A stretch of 64,000 nucleotides of DNA from Octopus sinensis (lineage: Eukaryota): assembly GCF_006345805.1 (NCBI RefSeq), contig NC_043002.1, positions 114,142,001-114,206,000 on the forward strand. Direction: 5' to 3'. This document shows, one piece after another, positions 35,116-48,023 of the stretch (positions are counted from its first letter, which is position 1; the number at the start of each line of letters is the position of its first letter). Both the position numbers and the translations under genes were made by a program. The notes below the pieces were generated by a model. The model did no database searches, was not told where the DNA came from, and saw only the letters and a list, made by a program, of their open reading frames with translations.

Positions 35116-35124
35116 ATTGCATCA
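35116..35124. promoter_or_regulatory. C/EBP-ATF (ATF4) amino-acid response element
   Basis: ATTGCATCA (TGATGCAAT in gene orientation), identical to the CHOP/DDIT3 AARE core, ~250 bp upstream of the predicted TSS in non-repeat sequence. Confidence 0.55.
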
Positions 35125-35629
35125 GCCAAGAGAGAAAGAAAGCTAAAGAGTTATTCACGCGATCAGTTGCGTTTTATCATTATGAATTAAAAAAGAAAGT
35201 GAAACACAAATTACTGTTTTAAAATATTAAATTATATGATAGTACAATTATAAGCAAACATTTCTAAAACATAGCTGCAGAAGAAGCACACTGAGTGCGA
35301 AGATAAGGCTGTGTGTTTTCGGATTCCAGCATTTGTAGAAGTTTGATTTCTGCTGATAAATTAATTAGCAATGTCAAAAGTGAAGACAACATTTCCAGAG
35401 ATAAATAATCATGATTTTTATTGACGAAAGTTGGTGTATTTATAATCAACATTAATACCTGTCCATTTCACATTCAGGGTCATAATGTTGTTAATTTAGT
35501 ATTTTTAATTCTAGAACAAAGTAAATTTTCAATAGAGCAAATGGTGGGAAAAAATTTTAGGAAATTTATTTTAGTTGCAAATAGATTTCCTAAAATTTAT
35601 TTGCGTCTTTTTAGCATTATATATATATA

Positions 35630-36028
35630 CTAACAATATCGCCCGGCGTTGCTCGGGTATGTAAGGGAAATAACTATATAAGCATTTTTAGAGAGTTATA
35701 GCCAAAAAATAGCAAAAAAATGCATTAAAAATGGAAAAAAAATTATGGTAATTTTTTTTTAAATCGTTGACTCATCGTAGACATTTTTAGAGAGTTACTT
35801 CCCTTATATAATAGCGAAAAAATGCATTAAAATGGAAAAAATGATGGTAATTTTTTTTTTAAATCGTAGACTCATCGTAGACGCATGCTAATACCCAGAA
35901 GGACTCGATATGAATCACGACTATAAGATACCCGGTTTTGGTTAAAATGCACCGCAAAATGTGGGAGTAGTTAGGAATCTAAATCGTAGGAGACAGACAG
36001 CACACAACCTCACTTTTATATATAAAGA
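35630..36028 (-). mobile_element. Non-autonomous Helitron
   Basis: Reverse-oriented homologue of 32276..32619; 5' TCTTTATATATAAAAG, 3' hairpin plus TTAG. Confidence 0.8.
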
Positions 36029-36563
36029 TATATATTCTTGATTCAGACTGCGACCACGAGGAGTCCCCAACTTATGGGGACATAAACACACCAACATCAG
36101 TGGTCAAGTGGCGGTGGTGGGGGCAAACAGACACACATACACATACATTTATATATTTGATGGTCTTTTAGTTTCCATCTACCAAATTCACTCAAGGCTT
36201 TGGTTGGCCCAAGGATATAGTAGAGAACTCTTCCTCAAGGTGCTACACAGTAGGACTGAACCTGGATCTATGTGGAGGGGGAAAACTTCTTTATTTCTTA
36301 TAAATTACCAGAAAGGCATTAAATAGAGGGGTCACTACAACACATATAAATGAACATGAAACATTAAAATCAAAATATCAAAATAATGATACATGAATGA
36401 TAACTTGAGAAATGAGAATATGGAAATTGTGTCACTCCCCGCACCACTGAGTAACCCCACTCACCACCTCTGAGTCCTGAGTCCTCTTTAGTCCTTGATC
36501 TAGTCTTTCGTTTACCGTTTTCCCCATCACTGAGTGACAACAATCTCTCCTCCATCTACATGT

Positions 36564-36837
36564 TGTGGTGTGTGCGAGAGATTCGAAATAAAGGCACCTA
36601 CCTTCTCTTCTCTCAGACGGAGACCCTTCAACGGTAATGGATCCTTCAATGCAGCCTGACCCGAACACTAGAAATAGTGCTTCAACCTTACCTTAACAAC
36701 ATGCTCACGCGTCTTACTCCCTCGGCAACCTTGATCGAAAAGGCCGAATCCTGCCCTGCCTGCGCGCGCGTCACTCCTGCCCCTTCCGGTCAGCCCCAAG
36801 TTCCAGTCAGCTCCCCAGCTGCTGACGTCATCCCACA
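36564..36837 (-). mobile_element. Solo LTR of the Gypsy family found at 51043..53760
   Basis: TGTGG...CCACA termini; 5-bp TSD CATGT at 36559..36563 and 36838..36842; colinear similarity to 51043..51307. Confidence 0.85.
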
Positions 36838-36842
36838 CATGT

Positions 36843-37900
36843 AGCCTTTTTCACCAGGGGAGGGGTCTTGTAAATTTTGTGATGTCTGTTCTTTCTTTTT
36901 TTGCCTGTGGGGAGAGGGAGGGGTGGGTTTGGTGTTTGTATGGGGAGGGTAAGTCTGAGTGGTCTTGGGTGGGATGGAATTAGTCTGGGGTCCCACATCA
37001 CACTGACTGTTCTTCCTCTTCTTTCTCTTTCACTGTTCATTCATCTTCCTTGTTCCTTCAATCTATCTGTTCTTCTTCCTTTTTCTCCATCATCTCCAGC
37101 ACTGCTTCTTCTGTCATTTTCCTCTGTAGAGGGCAGTGAGCTCTAATGTGGTCTTACTGGCCACATTTAAAGCATTGCAGAACTCTGGCCTCTACCCATA
37201 CTCTCAATACTATTTCTCCCAACATCCCCGTCTCTGCCAAATTTTCCAGTTGCTTCGCCTCCGCTTGTATGATGATTTCCAATGTTTTTTCTTTATATCC
37301 TCCTTCCTCCATCTCTGTGGCTTGGAGGACAGCCACCTCCTCCCCACTACCAACGAGGACGGCTGCTGCAACCCAAGCCACTTCTATATCAGGTGGGAGT
37401 TCTTCTACCCTGCCCATAGAAGTCTTTCTTCCAAGGTAAGTAGGTAGAAGTACTACTTTCTCTGTTCTCACCAGCCTCTTTCTCTCCTCCGCTGTCCTAA
37501 ACTGGATAACCACCATCATATATCCATTTCCTTTCACTATATATGTCCCTTCCTTTGAAAGCGACTTCAGAGCTTTTTCTACTTTTTCCATCTCCATCCA
37601 CTCTACCTTTCTACTCTCCACTGAGTACACCTTGTAGGTAATGGTCTTCTTTTCCTTATTTTCCAAAACCCTTTTAGGGGGTAATAACTTTACGTCACTG
37701 CCCACCTTCCCTTTTCTTCACTTCTGCAAAACTCTTTGCTCTTTCCAAATGCTCATCCATTCTATTTACCACCTTAACGAGCTCCCCCTCCACTGAGGAC
37801 AGTTCGTACTCACTAAGGTCTGAATACATTCCTTTTCACTGGTACAACACTCACCGACAAACTGCTGCCAAGCAGCTCAAAAAATTCCGTCCTTCTCATC
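36843..37900 (-). mobile_element. L1/Tx1-like LINE ORF1 (gag-like zinc knuckle) relic
   Basis: ..VVLLPTYLGRK..VEARVLQCFKCGQ*DHIRAHC (CCHC knuckle with an in-frame stop). Homologous motif at 44.7-45.0 kb. Confidence 0.6.
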
Positions 37901-37959
37901 AAAAATCAACACAGTGAATAGACTGACAATGCATGGGAAGCAAGCTTCTTACCATACAA

Positions 37960-38800
37960 CCTGCTGGCATGGGTTAGACAGTTTGACTGAGGACTGACAA
38001 GCCAGGAGGCTGCACCAGGCTCCAGTCAGATCTAGCAAAGATTTTACAGCTGGATGATGCCCTTCCTAATGCCAACCACTCTGAGAGTGTAGTGGTTGCT
38101 TTGTATGTGTCACCAGCACAGGGCCCAGTCAGGTGGCACTGGCATCGACCACATTAAATGGGCTGGTTATGTGATACTGACATTGGCCATGGCTACAATC
38201 TCACTTGGCTTGCTGAGTCTTCACAAGCACAGCATATCTCCAAAGGTCTTGTCATTGCTTCTATGAAGCCCAATGCTTCAAGATCGTGCTTCACCATCGT
38301 TGAAAAGATTATGGAAAAAAAGCACAGGAGCTAAAACACTGCTGAGTTTGGTTCCGGCAGAAACAGAAAATGCCTCTGAACATTGACTACTAAATATCAC
38401 TGTTGCTATCATTCCTTTGTACAGAGGTACTATTACTCCTATCATTTTATCAGGAAGACCAACTTTAGACCAAATTTTCTAAAGCGCCTCATGATTCACT
38501 GTAACAAAAGCCTTTGTCAAATCAACAAAGACCATGTACAAGTCAGTATTTTGCCCATGTGGTTTTTCTTGAACTTGCTAAAGGATAAAAATTATGTCAA
38601 GTGTGCCAAGCCAGCAATCCACATTTGTATTCAGGATATATGCTGTTTACTACAAGCTCATTGATGCGGTTAAGGATCACCCACGCAAAGATTTTCCAGC
38701 TATGTGCAAAAAGTTAATCCCCTGTGATTATCACACGCCCTCTTCTTCCCCTTGTTTTTGTACAATTGCATTATAGAAGCATCTTTGAACTGTTGGGAAA
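37960..38800 (-). mobile_element. RTE-type tail repeat plus decayed RTE RT fragment
   Basis: Family B tail sequence at ~37960-38290. Minus-strand remnants resembling LYMVFVDL.KAF and GITL at ~38490-38730. Confidence 0.5.
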
Positions 38801-40401
38801 CAGATCCAGTTCATACAATGCTCTCAATTTGTGAGAGTTAGCAGCCTGTTCCAATTCTTGGACATTTTTTTTTTTTGGCCACCAAAATTTTTTCATTTCA
38901 TGCAGGTTTTTCTGAGTATTTTTTTTAACGCATAAAATGAGATGGAAATGTTAACCTTTTCTTTTCTTCTATTCTCTCATTATATCTCATAACTTTGAAA
39001 CCTTTCACTGTCCACGGTCAGATAACAACAAAATCATACAGCATATACTTGTGTGGTGTCTGAGCATTGCTGTCTTGTGGAGTTATGTCAAACTTCTGTT
39101 GTTGGATGTAGGACAAATCATATCATTGGCTGAGTCCATCATGAGAACTACCCCTCCATGCACCTTTATGAAGGCAGGGCATGTGGTGTTCCTCTGCATA
39201 GTGGCTATGGTGAAAGAGACTGAGTGGTGGATGAGGTTGAAAGGATTGAAAAGAGACACCTTCCTCTTTGGCCAAGCCCTCATCAACTTTTCTAAGTTCC
39301 ACTTCAAAAGGAAAGTGAGGGTGGAGAGGGAAGTGCTACCTCCCAGTGAATTTATGAAAAGATGAGTGATTGTGGTAAAAATGGTTTGGGTGAATGGATC
39401 TGCTCCAAGCATGCATCTGTAGATTGGAGAACAGGACTTGTGAATTTGATAGGGTAATCCTAGATCTGTTGGGTTCCTTAATTAGCCCTAGTTGGAGGTT
39501 TTCCATAGTTAGGAGGATTGCATCATTCATATGTTCACATACTTTCTATATAATGTAAATTTTTATCTGATTTCACTGTCTTTTCCTTTTCTTTCCCCAT
39601 ATCTTTTATGTAAACACCCAACACAAATTGTAGACTGTCCATTTGATGTACCCCTCATTTTTGCCCCTGTGGCAAATGAAAGAAATCATTATTATTTTTG
39701 TTGTTGTGTGGTATCAGAAACACAGCACTTGTAGGTTTTGTTTTATTTTAAGTGTCTTCTGAAGATATATGTTCAAAGTTTTCATTCTGAGTGTTACACA
39801 AACTCCCAAAGGTTCTGAGTAGGTGCCCAACTTCATTGTATTTTTGCCCTTAGTGGAGAGAGTTCCGCTCAATTTTGTAAAAATTACTCATTTCTTTAAA
39901 AGTTTCTAGACAGCATGGCGTTAAGTTTTCAAGTAAAATGTCAGGGTTGTGTAATCACAGATCGGAGGAATCTTTTTGACAAAACCTGCTCATTAAAACA
40001 AAGTACCACCATGCCCACTACTACTGCTACTGCCAGTGCTAACTGAAACCACGACAACAATATTGAAAATGCAAGCAACAAAAAAATGAAAACAACCACA
40101 AAAATGAGAATGAAGAACAGAAAAACGAGAAATTAAAATGTTATTTCAACACACCTGCAAATTCCATTACTGCTACCATCACAATCATTAAAATGAACAA
40201 AGTAAAACAAGAAAAAGAAAAAAAATCAAGCAGACATGACTTGCAAAACTTGTGTTGGAAGTTTCTGCCAAATAAAAAAAAAATTTTAATTATCGCAAGA
40301 TTAAAAAAAAAATGCAAACAATATCCTTATATGGTTGAGCCAAAACATAGTTTTTATTGGAATCCATTTAGTGGAAAAACAGCCTCAAGACTGTTGTTTA
40401 T

Positions 40402-40480
40402 ATTTTTATATATAAAAGTCAAGTTGTGCTTATATAGTTATTTTCCTCACAAACCCGAGCAACGCCGGGCGATACTGCGA
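40402..40480 (+). mobile_element. Internally deleted mini-Helitron
   Basis: 5' TTTTATATATAAAAGT fused directly to the 3' end CCCGAGCAACGCCGGGCGATACTGCGAG. Confidence 0.65.
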
Positions 40481-41179
40481 GTATCCATATAAATTTTAAA
40501 GAAATGTCCGAAAACTGCAAAACAGCAGCAAATAAAAAAGTGCTTTGTCATTAGGGGTTGGGGTGGGAATACTGCATAGTAGAGGTGGAATTTACAACAG
40601 AAGATAAGACCAGGAAACAATCCACAACAACCCCAATGAGAGACGGATTGGTCCTCAAATCAATCGACCTGTAGAGTAGTAATAATAAAGGTAGTAGATG
40701 AACCCTCAGAATTAACCATCTATTGGCTGGTTTCAGATGTCCTTTTTCACAAAGATAACAGCACTAATATTCTACAGGTCGAGAGGCTGCAGGAACAAAA
40801 TTAGACTGGTCAACAGATAGAGCTATTGATCTAACTGGATCATGACAGTAAGGAACCCATCTCAGACCTGAACAGTCTGCAAGATGACTCACAACTGTAT
40901 GTGACTGTTGAGGGCAAAAAGTGAAAGTGTAATTTGTGTGGTGTCACAAATCCCTTTTGGTTATAACAAAAGGGAAAGAATGAAGACCCCTACTTCTGTT
41001 GACACTATCACTATAACAATAACAATGTCAACAGCAACAATGCCAAAGAAAACGTGCAGCCAGAACAGCAACTGTGACAAAAACAAAAGAAACACTGCCT
41101 TCACAATATAACCAACAACAACAGAACAAAATTACAAAGTCCCCCGACCACCACCACTAGCAATGCATCCCTCTATTTT

Positions 41180-41472
41180 GTTTGTTCCTTCTCAAGTCAT
41201 GCCTGGCTCATAAGGGCTGGTTTCCTTGGCATATAGGTTCCCCACTTGGACAAGACGCTGGTCTGTCGCAGGTGATCTGCAAGATGCAGGAGGAAAGAGT
41301 GAGTGAATGTTGTGGCGAAAGAGTCAGCAGAAGTTCGCCATTACTTTCTGCCGGAGCCGTGTGGAGCTTAGGTGTTTCGCTCATAAACACACACATCGCC
41401 CAGTCTGAGATTCAAACCCGCGATCCCTCGACTGCGAGTCCGCTGCTCTAACCACTAGGCCATGTGCCTCCA
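41180..41472 (-). mobile_element. tRNA-derived SINE family D
   Basis: Reverse complement homologue of 62242..62510. Flanked by the direct repeat CAATGCATCCCTCTA at ~41161 and ~41473 (TSD-like). Confidence 0.75.
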
Positions 41473-42887
41473 CAATGCATCCCTCTACTAAAGACATTAC
41501 CCTCGATGCTGAGACCACTCAGACATGGTAGAAAATAAATTTATATAAACATGAATAGAGTCAACAGATGAGATCCAGAGCTTCTCAATATAGAAAATAC
41601 TTTGTGGTTTGAACTTACATTCCAAAACCAAGTCTGTTGAGTTAAGAATGGCTATAAGAGGAATCCAGGTGAGCAGATATGGAGACAATGATGCAAATAA
41701 ACAAATAAAGCTACTTGGGTTTGATGTACCAAAAGATATATACATGTATACATGTAAATAGAGAGGAAAAAAAGACTGAAAATTTTCAGATGATGAATAT
41801 TCAAGTATATATCTATATATATGTATATACACACATACATAATCTGATCAATAAGCATCCAGACTGTTGCCATAGTAACGAAGTTAAAGTATGCAGAGTG
41901 AAACCGCTTGCTGCAGATTGCCCTTCAACTCTGCTGTGCATGCACACTAAGTTTTGATATTCTAGCTCACTTCTGCTGTTTACAGCAGTGCTTGGAAGGA
42001 AGGTGTGTAGCATGTGATCATCGCATTGACCATGACAGAGAAAGTAGAACAAATTTTGCCAAAAGCTTGGCAATACCTGCTCAGAGGCCTATGCAAATTT
42101 TTCAAAAAGATTTCATTGTTCTCGACACAATCAAGATCTTGTGCAACTGAAACCTGAGTGTCTTTTTGGTCAACTGAAAGCAGCTTTCACAGAAACTTGG
42201 CAGACATGCGTCTCATACCCAAATCTTCAGTGATCATGGAAACAAAGTTCTTTTTTAATCTAAAACATACTCTCCTTCATTTTCTACAATGCTCTTCCAT
42301 CTATCTGGTAGACTTGCAAGGCTCCTCTTCCAAAATTCACCTGTCCCCATATATTGCATTAATATTCCTCACAGTTTCTGTTGTATTGTTATCTTTATTG
42401 AACTCACAAAGCAAAATATGCCAAATATGCTTTGTCATTTCCATTACAGCTTTGAAAAAATAACTGTATAACTGCTAAAATCGAACTGCACTCTTCAAAA
42501 ATCGCACTAAGAACAAGTACAAAGTAAAATTACTACCTGCTTTTATAGCAAGTTGATGCAGGCAGTTTATCATATCCCCCTTTGACTTTTAGTTCATGCA
42601 ACTGAAAAAGCTGCATTATATATGGAATGACCTGATACACACACACACACACACACACTCGCGTGCAGATGAGGAGAGTGAGCAAGAGAGAGGAAAAGTG
42701 ATAAAATGAGAAAGATAAAATATAGCTCATAGTAACTCAAAGCTGAATGATATTTTCAATATTGGTATGAAGAAAAAAGATATGAACAAGGTTTTGAAAC
42801 CAGCACGTTTAGACTAATCAGTTGCTAATTATCTTCATTATGTGATGCAAATTTTCAGCAAATCCTGTCATATTTTAAACTGTGAGC

Positions 42888-43300
42888 TCTTTTACTCTTT
42901 TACTTGTTTCAGTCATTTGACTGCTGCCATGCTGGAGCACCGCCTTTGGTCGAGCAAATCAACCCCAGGATTTATTCTTTGTAAGCCTAGTACTTATTCT
43001 ATTGGTCTCTTTTGTCGAACTGCTAAGTTACGGGGACGTAAACACACCAGCATCGGTTCAAGCAATGTCGGGGGGACAAACACAGACACACAAACACATA
43101 CACACACACATCCATATATATATGTATACAAATATACGATGGGCTTCTTTCAGTTTCCGTCTACCAAATCCACTCACAAGGCTTTGGTCGGCCCAAGGCT
43201 ATAGTGGAAGACACTTGCCCAAGGTGCCATGCAGCGGGACTGAACCTGGAACCATGTGGTTGGTAAGCAAGTTACTTACCACACAGCCACTCCTACGCCT
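42888..43300 (-). mobile_element. tRNA-derived SINE family A (full length)
   Basis: Minus-strand A box TGGCTGTGTGG, B box GGTTCAGTCC, tail GTAAAAGAGTAAAAGAG. Confidence 0.88.
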
Positions 43301-43643
43301 ATCTTTTTCTAAAAGTATCCTTCTAAACTTTCTCCATAATGAGCGATAAATGTGAGAAAATATATCTTTAGAGATTCTGAAATGAATGGCTTGTTAACAT
43401 TATGTAATTGGGTGTTTGAAGCCTCGGCTGATTGAGATAAAGTGCAAATTCTGTGGATGTGACGTCAGAGAATGAATAGTTTGTTAGTAATTTATTGCTA
43501 AGCAAAAACAAAGCAATAAAAAAGTGTGAGTATGGCTGTGTGGTTCAAAAGCTTGTTTCCCAACCATGTGGACTTGGGTTCAATTCCACTGCATGGCACC
43601 TTGCCTCCTGTATTGATTTGATAGATAGAAAGCCTGTTGTCTG

Positions 43644-43702
<59 letters not shown>

Positions 43703-43707
43703 GTCTG

Positions 43708-43774
<67 letters not shown>

Positions 43775-44415
43775 GTATGTATGGATACATGTGGTGTGTG
43801 TGTGTTGTATGTGTTTCCCGCCACTGTTTGACAACTGGAGTTTGTTCTTTTACATCTCTGTAACTTAATGGCTTGAGAATTTATAGGTGCAGGAGTGAGT
43901 ATGTGGTAAGTAGCCTGCTTACGCATGCGTTTGTTAGTTGCTTCCAAAGTTGAACACTGTCAAGACATGCTTTTGTAGGTGTCCTGAAGTGAAGAAAATT
44001 TGAAGGTGCAACTTTAAAGTAGGCATCTGTTTTTTGGGAGATTCAGTGGGGTTTGTTTTTTTCCGAATAAGAAATCCTCACTGGGTCTTGGACATTTGTC
44101 TGCTGTGGTCACGCTGAGTGACTCACTTGGCTGTGAGAGTTGTTGTTTGGTGGGCGTGTCTCGCCACCAAAATTTGGAGGATTTTTGTGTGTGTTCCTGC
44201 TGCTACTGTGACCTGGAGTACCTGTGTGGAGTACTCTTTTTTTGGAATACCTGTGGGTCAGGATTACCGAGTGGCTGTATTTGTGTTGTGGTGACTTGAA
44301 TGGTCTTCCCTCGTTCTTTTTCTCTGCTCTGTCTTTCTGTTCTTTTTTTTGTATTTTTGACTTTGTTTGGACTTTTTGGTTGAACATTTTTGGACTGTTC
44401 TTTCTTTTCTGCAAG

Positions 44416-45340
44416 CATGGCAAAAAAGATAAACACTGCGTTGGAGTGAAGGATTGTACCCACCAAGCAGTGGGTAAAAGACTTCAACGAGAGAACGGTG
44501 GTGTTGAGGATGTATTCCAAGTTTCAACACCATTACTGTGTTCTCTCAAATTGAAATTGAGAAAGAGTTGGCAGAATATCTGCCAACTATTAAGTTTATT
44601 GTCAGGGGTGTCAAATATGCAATGATGTGGTTGCTATTTGACACCCCTGAGGAAGCTCGCAATTTTGTGAGTCAGTCCTTAGAAGGGCAAAAAATTCTGT
44701 TTCTTCCCACATATTGTGGGAAGAAATTAACAAGAGCTTGGGTCTGTGGGCTGCCAACTGGGATAAAACCCAAGTGGATAGAAGACACTATCCGTCGGGG
44801 TCTGGGTGGCTGCAGAGCAAAGCTCCTAAATGTTTAAGTGTTGCCTGTGGCTAATTAGGTGGAGTTGAAAGCAGTTTTGACCCTGTGGGCCCAATCAGTA
44901 AATGATCTGGTTTTTTCCAGATTTTTTGAGGATGGCCGGTTCTAGGTATCCGGTGATTCTTGAGGGAGCCCCCTCAAGTGTAACCTGTGTAACCTGTGTA
45001 ACCTGTGCTTGGTACTGGGCCACATTATGAAAAACTGCCCCGAGGACCATGGTAAGATACTGGAGCAGTTAATAGAAGCCGTGGCCCCCGCTGCCCCATC
45101 CAAGGGAGAGATGGAGGTAGTCGAGGAGGTGAAGACTGCCTTGGAAAAAGGAAAAAAAAGAAAGAAGGTGGGCAACAATGGTTGCCCACCAAATGACCCT
45201 AAAGCTGCAGGATGGGAGGGAGATCCTCTGGATAAAGCAGTGGTACCACACCCTCCTATAGCAAAGGGGAGAAAAAGAAAAAGAACGGGACATTGCCGGC
45301 GGTTGATGGTACACTGCTGGCATGCCCTGAAACTTTAATG
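44416..45340 (+). mobile_element. L1/Tx1-like LINE ORF1 relic
   Basis: ILFLPTYCGKKLTRAWVCGLP.. and CNLCLVLGHIMKNCP zinc knuckle, with stops and frameshifts. Confidence 0.6.
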
Positions 45341-45546
45341 GTGGGAAGTGTGCTACTGACAGAGTTCCAGATGAGCTTACCTCACGGCAAGAGGTGCAAA
45401 TGAGGGTAGCTATATCAAATCCATTCTTCATCAAGTGCCACATATTAGAGGAAGCTCCTAGTAATAACAGTGTAGTGTAAAACGGCGGTGCATCAGCATG
45501 GCCGCAGCTCTGAGCTGAAACCAAATATATATATATATATATATAT

Positions 45547-45815
45547 CATCATCATCATCGTCGTTTAACGTCCGTTTTCCATGCTAGCATGGGTTGGACG
45601 GTTCAACTGGGGTTTGGGAAGCCAGAAGGCTGCGCCAGGCCCAGTCTGATCTGGCAGTGTTTCTACAGCTGGATGCCCTTCCTAACGCCAACCACTCTGT
45701 GAGTGTAGTGGGTGCTTTTTACGTGCCACCGGCACAGGTGCCAGACGAGGCTGGCAAATGGCCACGATCGAATGGTGCTTTTTACGTGCCACCGGCACGG
45801 GGACCAGACGAGGTT
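45547..45815 (-). mobile_element. RTE-type 3' tail repeat (family B)
   Basis: CATCATCATCGTCGTTTAACGTCCGTTTTCCATGC.. is the reverse of an (ATG)n-tailed 3' end. Confidence 0.8.
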
Positions 45816-46596
45816 GAGTTGAGTACTGGGCTCAATGTTCTATTACTCATTTATTACTGATTCATTCAACACAATGGTTTTAGGGGAAGAAATCACCCTT
45901 CACAAACAAGGATAAATGTACCTAATTTGTACAATTCTCTGATATTTGAACTCATCGTTAATGTCATTTCAAAGTCGTTATACTTTTTAAATTGATTGCT
46001 GTTGTTGATATTTTTTACATTTGGTTTAAATTTGGATTTCAGATTTTCTGAGGGACTCAAAAAATCCTTCTGTACGTCATGCTGAGCTGGTTCTTGTTCA
46101 GTTCCATCACTCAGCATACATAATCCTTCTTGTGTATCCTATTTCTTTACTACCCACAAGGGGCTAAACACAGACAGGACAAACAAGGACAGACAAACGG
46201 ATTAAGTTGATTATATCAACCCCAGTGAGTAACTGGTACTTAATTTATCGACCCTGAAAGGATGAAAGGCAAAGTCGACCTTGGCGGAATTAATTTATGT
46301 TTGTGTGCATATATGTATATATAAGTTTGTCTGTATATACACATGTATATATAAAATATCATAATGTAACAATTGTAAAATATATGAAAATATAACTTGT
46401 ACATGTTGCAAACATTATCTGATATAGAATTCAGTTCTTGAGCTTGAGTGGAAAGATTGAATTGTATATGACAGGCTACTCAAGTTTCACCTTCTTGTCT
46501 GGTGGCCTGAATGCAAGAAACATGAGCAGCTGGAAGGTAAATCTCGAGTAGATTGTCATTTTCTGACACAATAAATGTGTGTGTGTGTTTGTCTAT

Positions 46597-46998
46597 CTTT
46601 TACTCTTTTACTCTTTTACTTGTTTCAGTCATTTGACTGCGGCCATGCTGGAGCACTGCCTTTAATCGAGCAACTCGACCCCAGGATTTATTCTTTGTAA
46701 GCCCAGTACTTATTCTATCGGTCTCTTTTGCTGAACCGCTAAGTGACGGGGACATAAACACAACAGCATCGGTTGTCAAACAATGCTAGGGGTACAAACA
46801 CACACATGCATATATATATATATATATATATATACGACGGGCTTCTTTCAGTTTCCATCTACCAAATCCACTCACAAGGCATTGGTCGGCCCGGGGCTAT
46901 AGTAGAAGACACTTGCCCAAGGTGCCACACAGTGGGACTGAACCCGGAACCATGTGGTTGGTAAGCAAGCTACTTACCACACAGCCACTCCTGCGCCT
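46597..46998 (-). mobile_element. tRNA-derived SINE family A (full length)
   Basis: Same consensus as other family A copies. Confidence 0.88.
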
Positions 46999-47164
46999 AT
47001 CTATTTACATACACACACATACATGCATATATATCTATCTATCTATATATATATATAGAAATTCAGGGTGAGTACTTGATAATTGTAAGCACCTGTATAT
47101 ACCGTTTGGTGGTGTAGGTGGTAGTGTATATTAATCAAATTATAAACATGATGCCAAGGATTCA

Positions 47165-47242
47165 GCGGTACATATGTTTCGGGCCTTTATTAGACAGATT
47201 TATAACAATGCATAATGTGTGTCTATGGCCTTCTTCAGCCGC
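47165..47242 (-). ncRNA. Type I hammerhead ribozyme
   Basis: GCGG-CUGAAGA-AGGCC..GGCCC-GAAAC-AUAU-GUA-CCGC, with stem II extended by UAGACA/UGUCUA. Confidence 0.82.
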
Positions 47243-47858
47243 GCACAATTACTACCCCAAGGACATGTATTACATCAAAAATTCTACGTTGGGGATGCAA
47301 ATCCTCTCATTCGCGTACGACATAATGCGGCAACAGCACAAAAATGAAGCGTCCATCTCGTCCTTCTCTCAATGTAGAATGAGGAGGCTTGGATGTTGAG
47401 GTAATATAAATAAATGAATAAATAAATATATACATATATAAATACAGACAGCCGTGAAGGAACCTGGTAATAAGAGTAAATAGGGATAAAGATGGAGGGG
47501 CGAGAATTCAGGACGAAGGATAAAAAAATATAAAAATGTGAAAGATAAAAGAATATAAGTATAGAAATATAAAAATATAAAGTATAAAGATATAAAGAGA
47601 TATAAAAAAGTATAAATGAATATAAAGATATAAAGTTATAAAAAAATATAAAAAATTATCAGAAATATAAAGGATATAAGAATATTAAAATGTAAAAGAA
47701 TATAAGGATAAGGGATATTGGTCCGTAACAACTTTATATACGAGATGGACGCTTCATTTTTGTGCTGGTACAGCATTATGTCGTACGCGAATGAGAGGAT
47801 TTGCATCCCCAACGTAGAATTTTTGATGTAATACATGTCCTTGGGGTAGTAATTGTGC

Positions 47859-47936
47859 GCGGCTGAAGAAGGCCATAGACACACATTATGCATTGTTATA
47901 AATCCCTCTAATAAAGGCCTGAAACATATGTACCGC
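47859..47936 (+). ncRNA. Type I hammerhead ribozyme
   Basis: Stem I GCGG/CCGC, CUGAAGA (47863..47869), stem II AGGCC/GGCCU, GAAAC (47921..47925), palindromic ACAUAUGU stem III, GUA cleavage triplet. Confidence 0.85.
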
Positions 47937-47969
47937 TGAATCCTTGGCATCATGTTTTTATTTTGATTA

Positions 47970-48019
<50 letters not shown>

Positions 48020-48023
<4 letters not shown>

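Larger units (their letters stand above)
47130..47971. mobile_element. Penelope-like inverted pseudo-LTR pair
   Basis: ~230-bp inverted arms 47130..47361 and 47740..47971, each carrying a hammerhead motif, around a purine-rich low-complexity spacer. Confidence 0.7.

Noticed and set aside
39517-39525. Second ATTGCATCA AARE-like 9-mer
   Set aside because: 4.6 kb from the predicted TSS in decayed repeat-like sequence; treated as a chance match.
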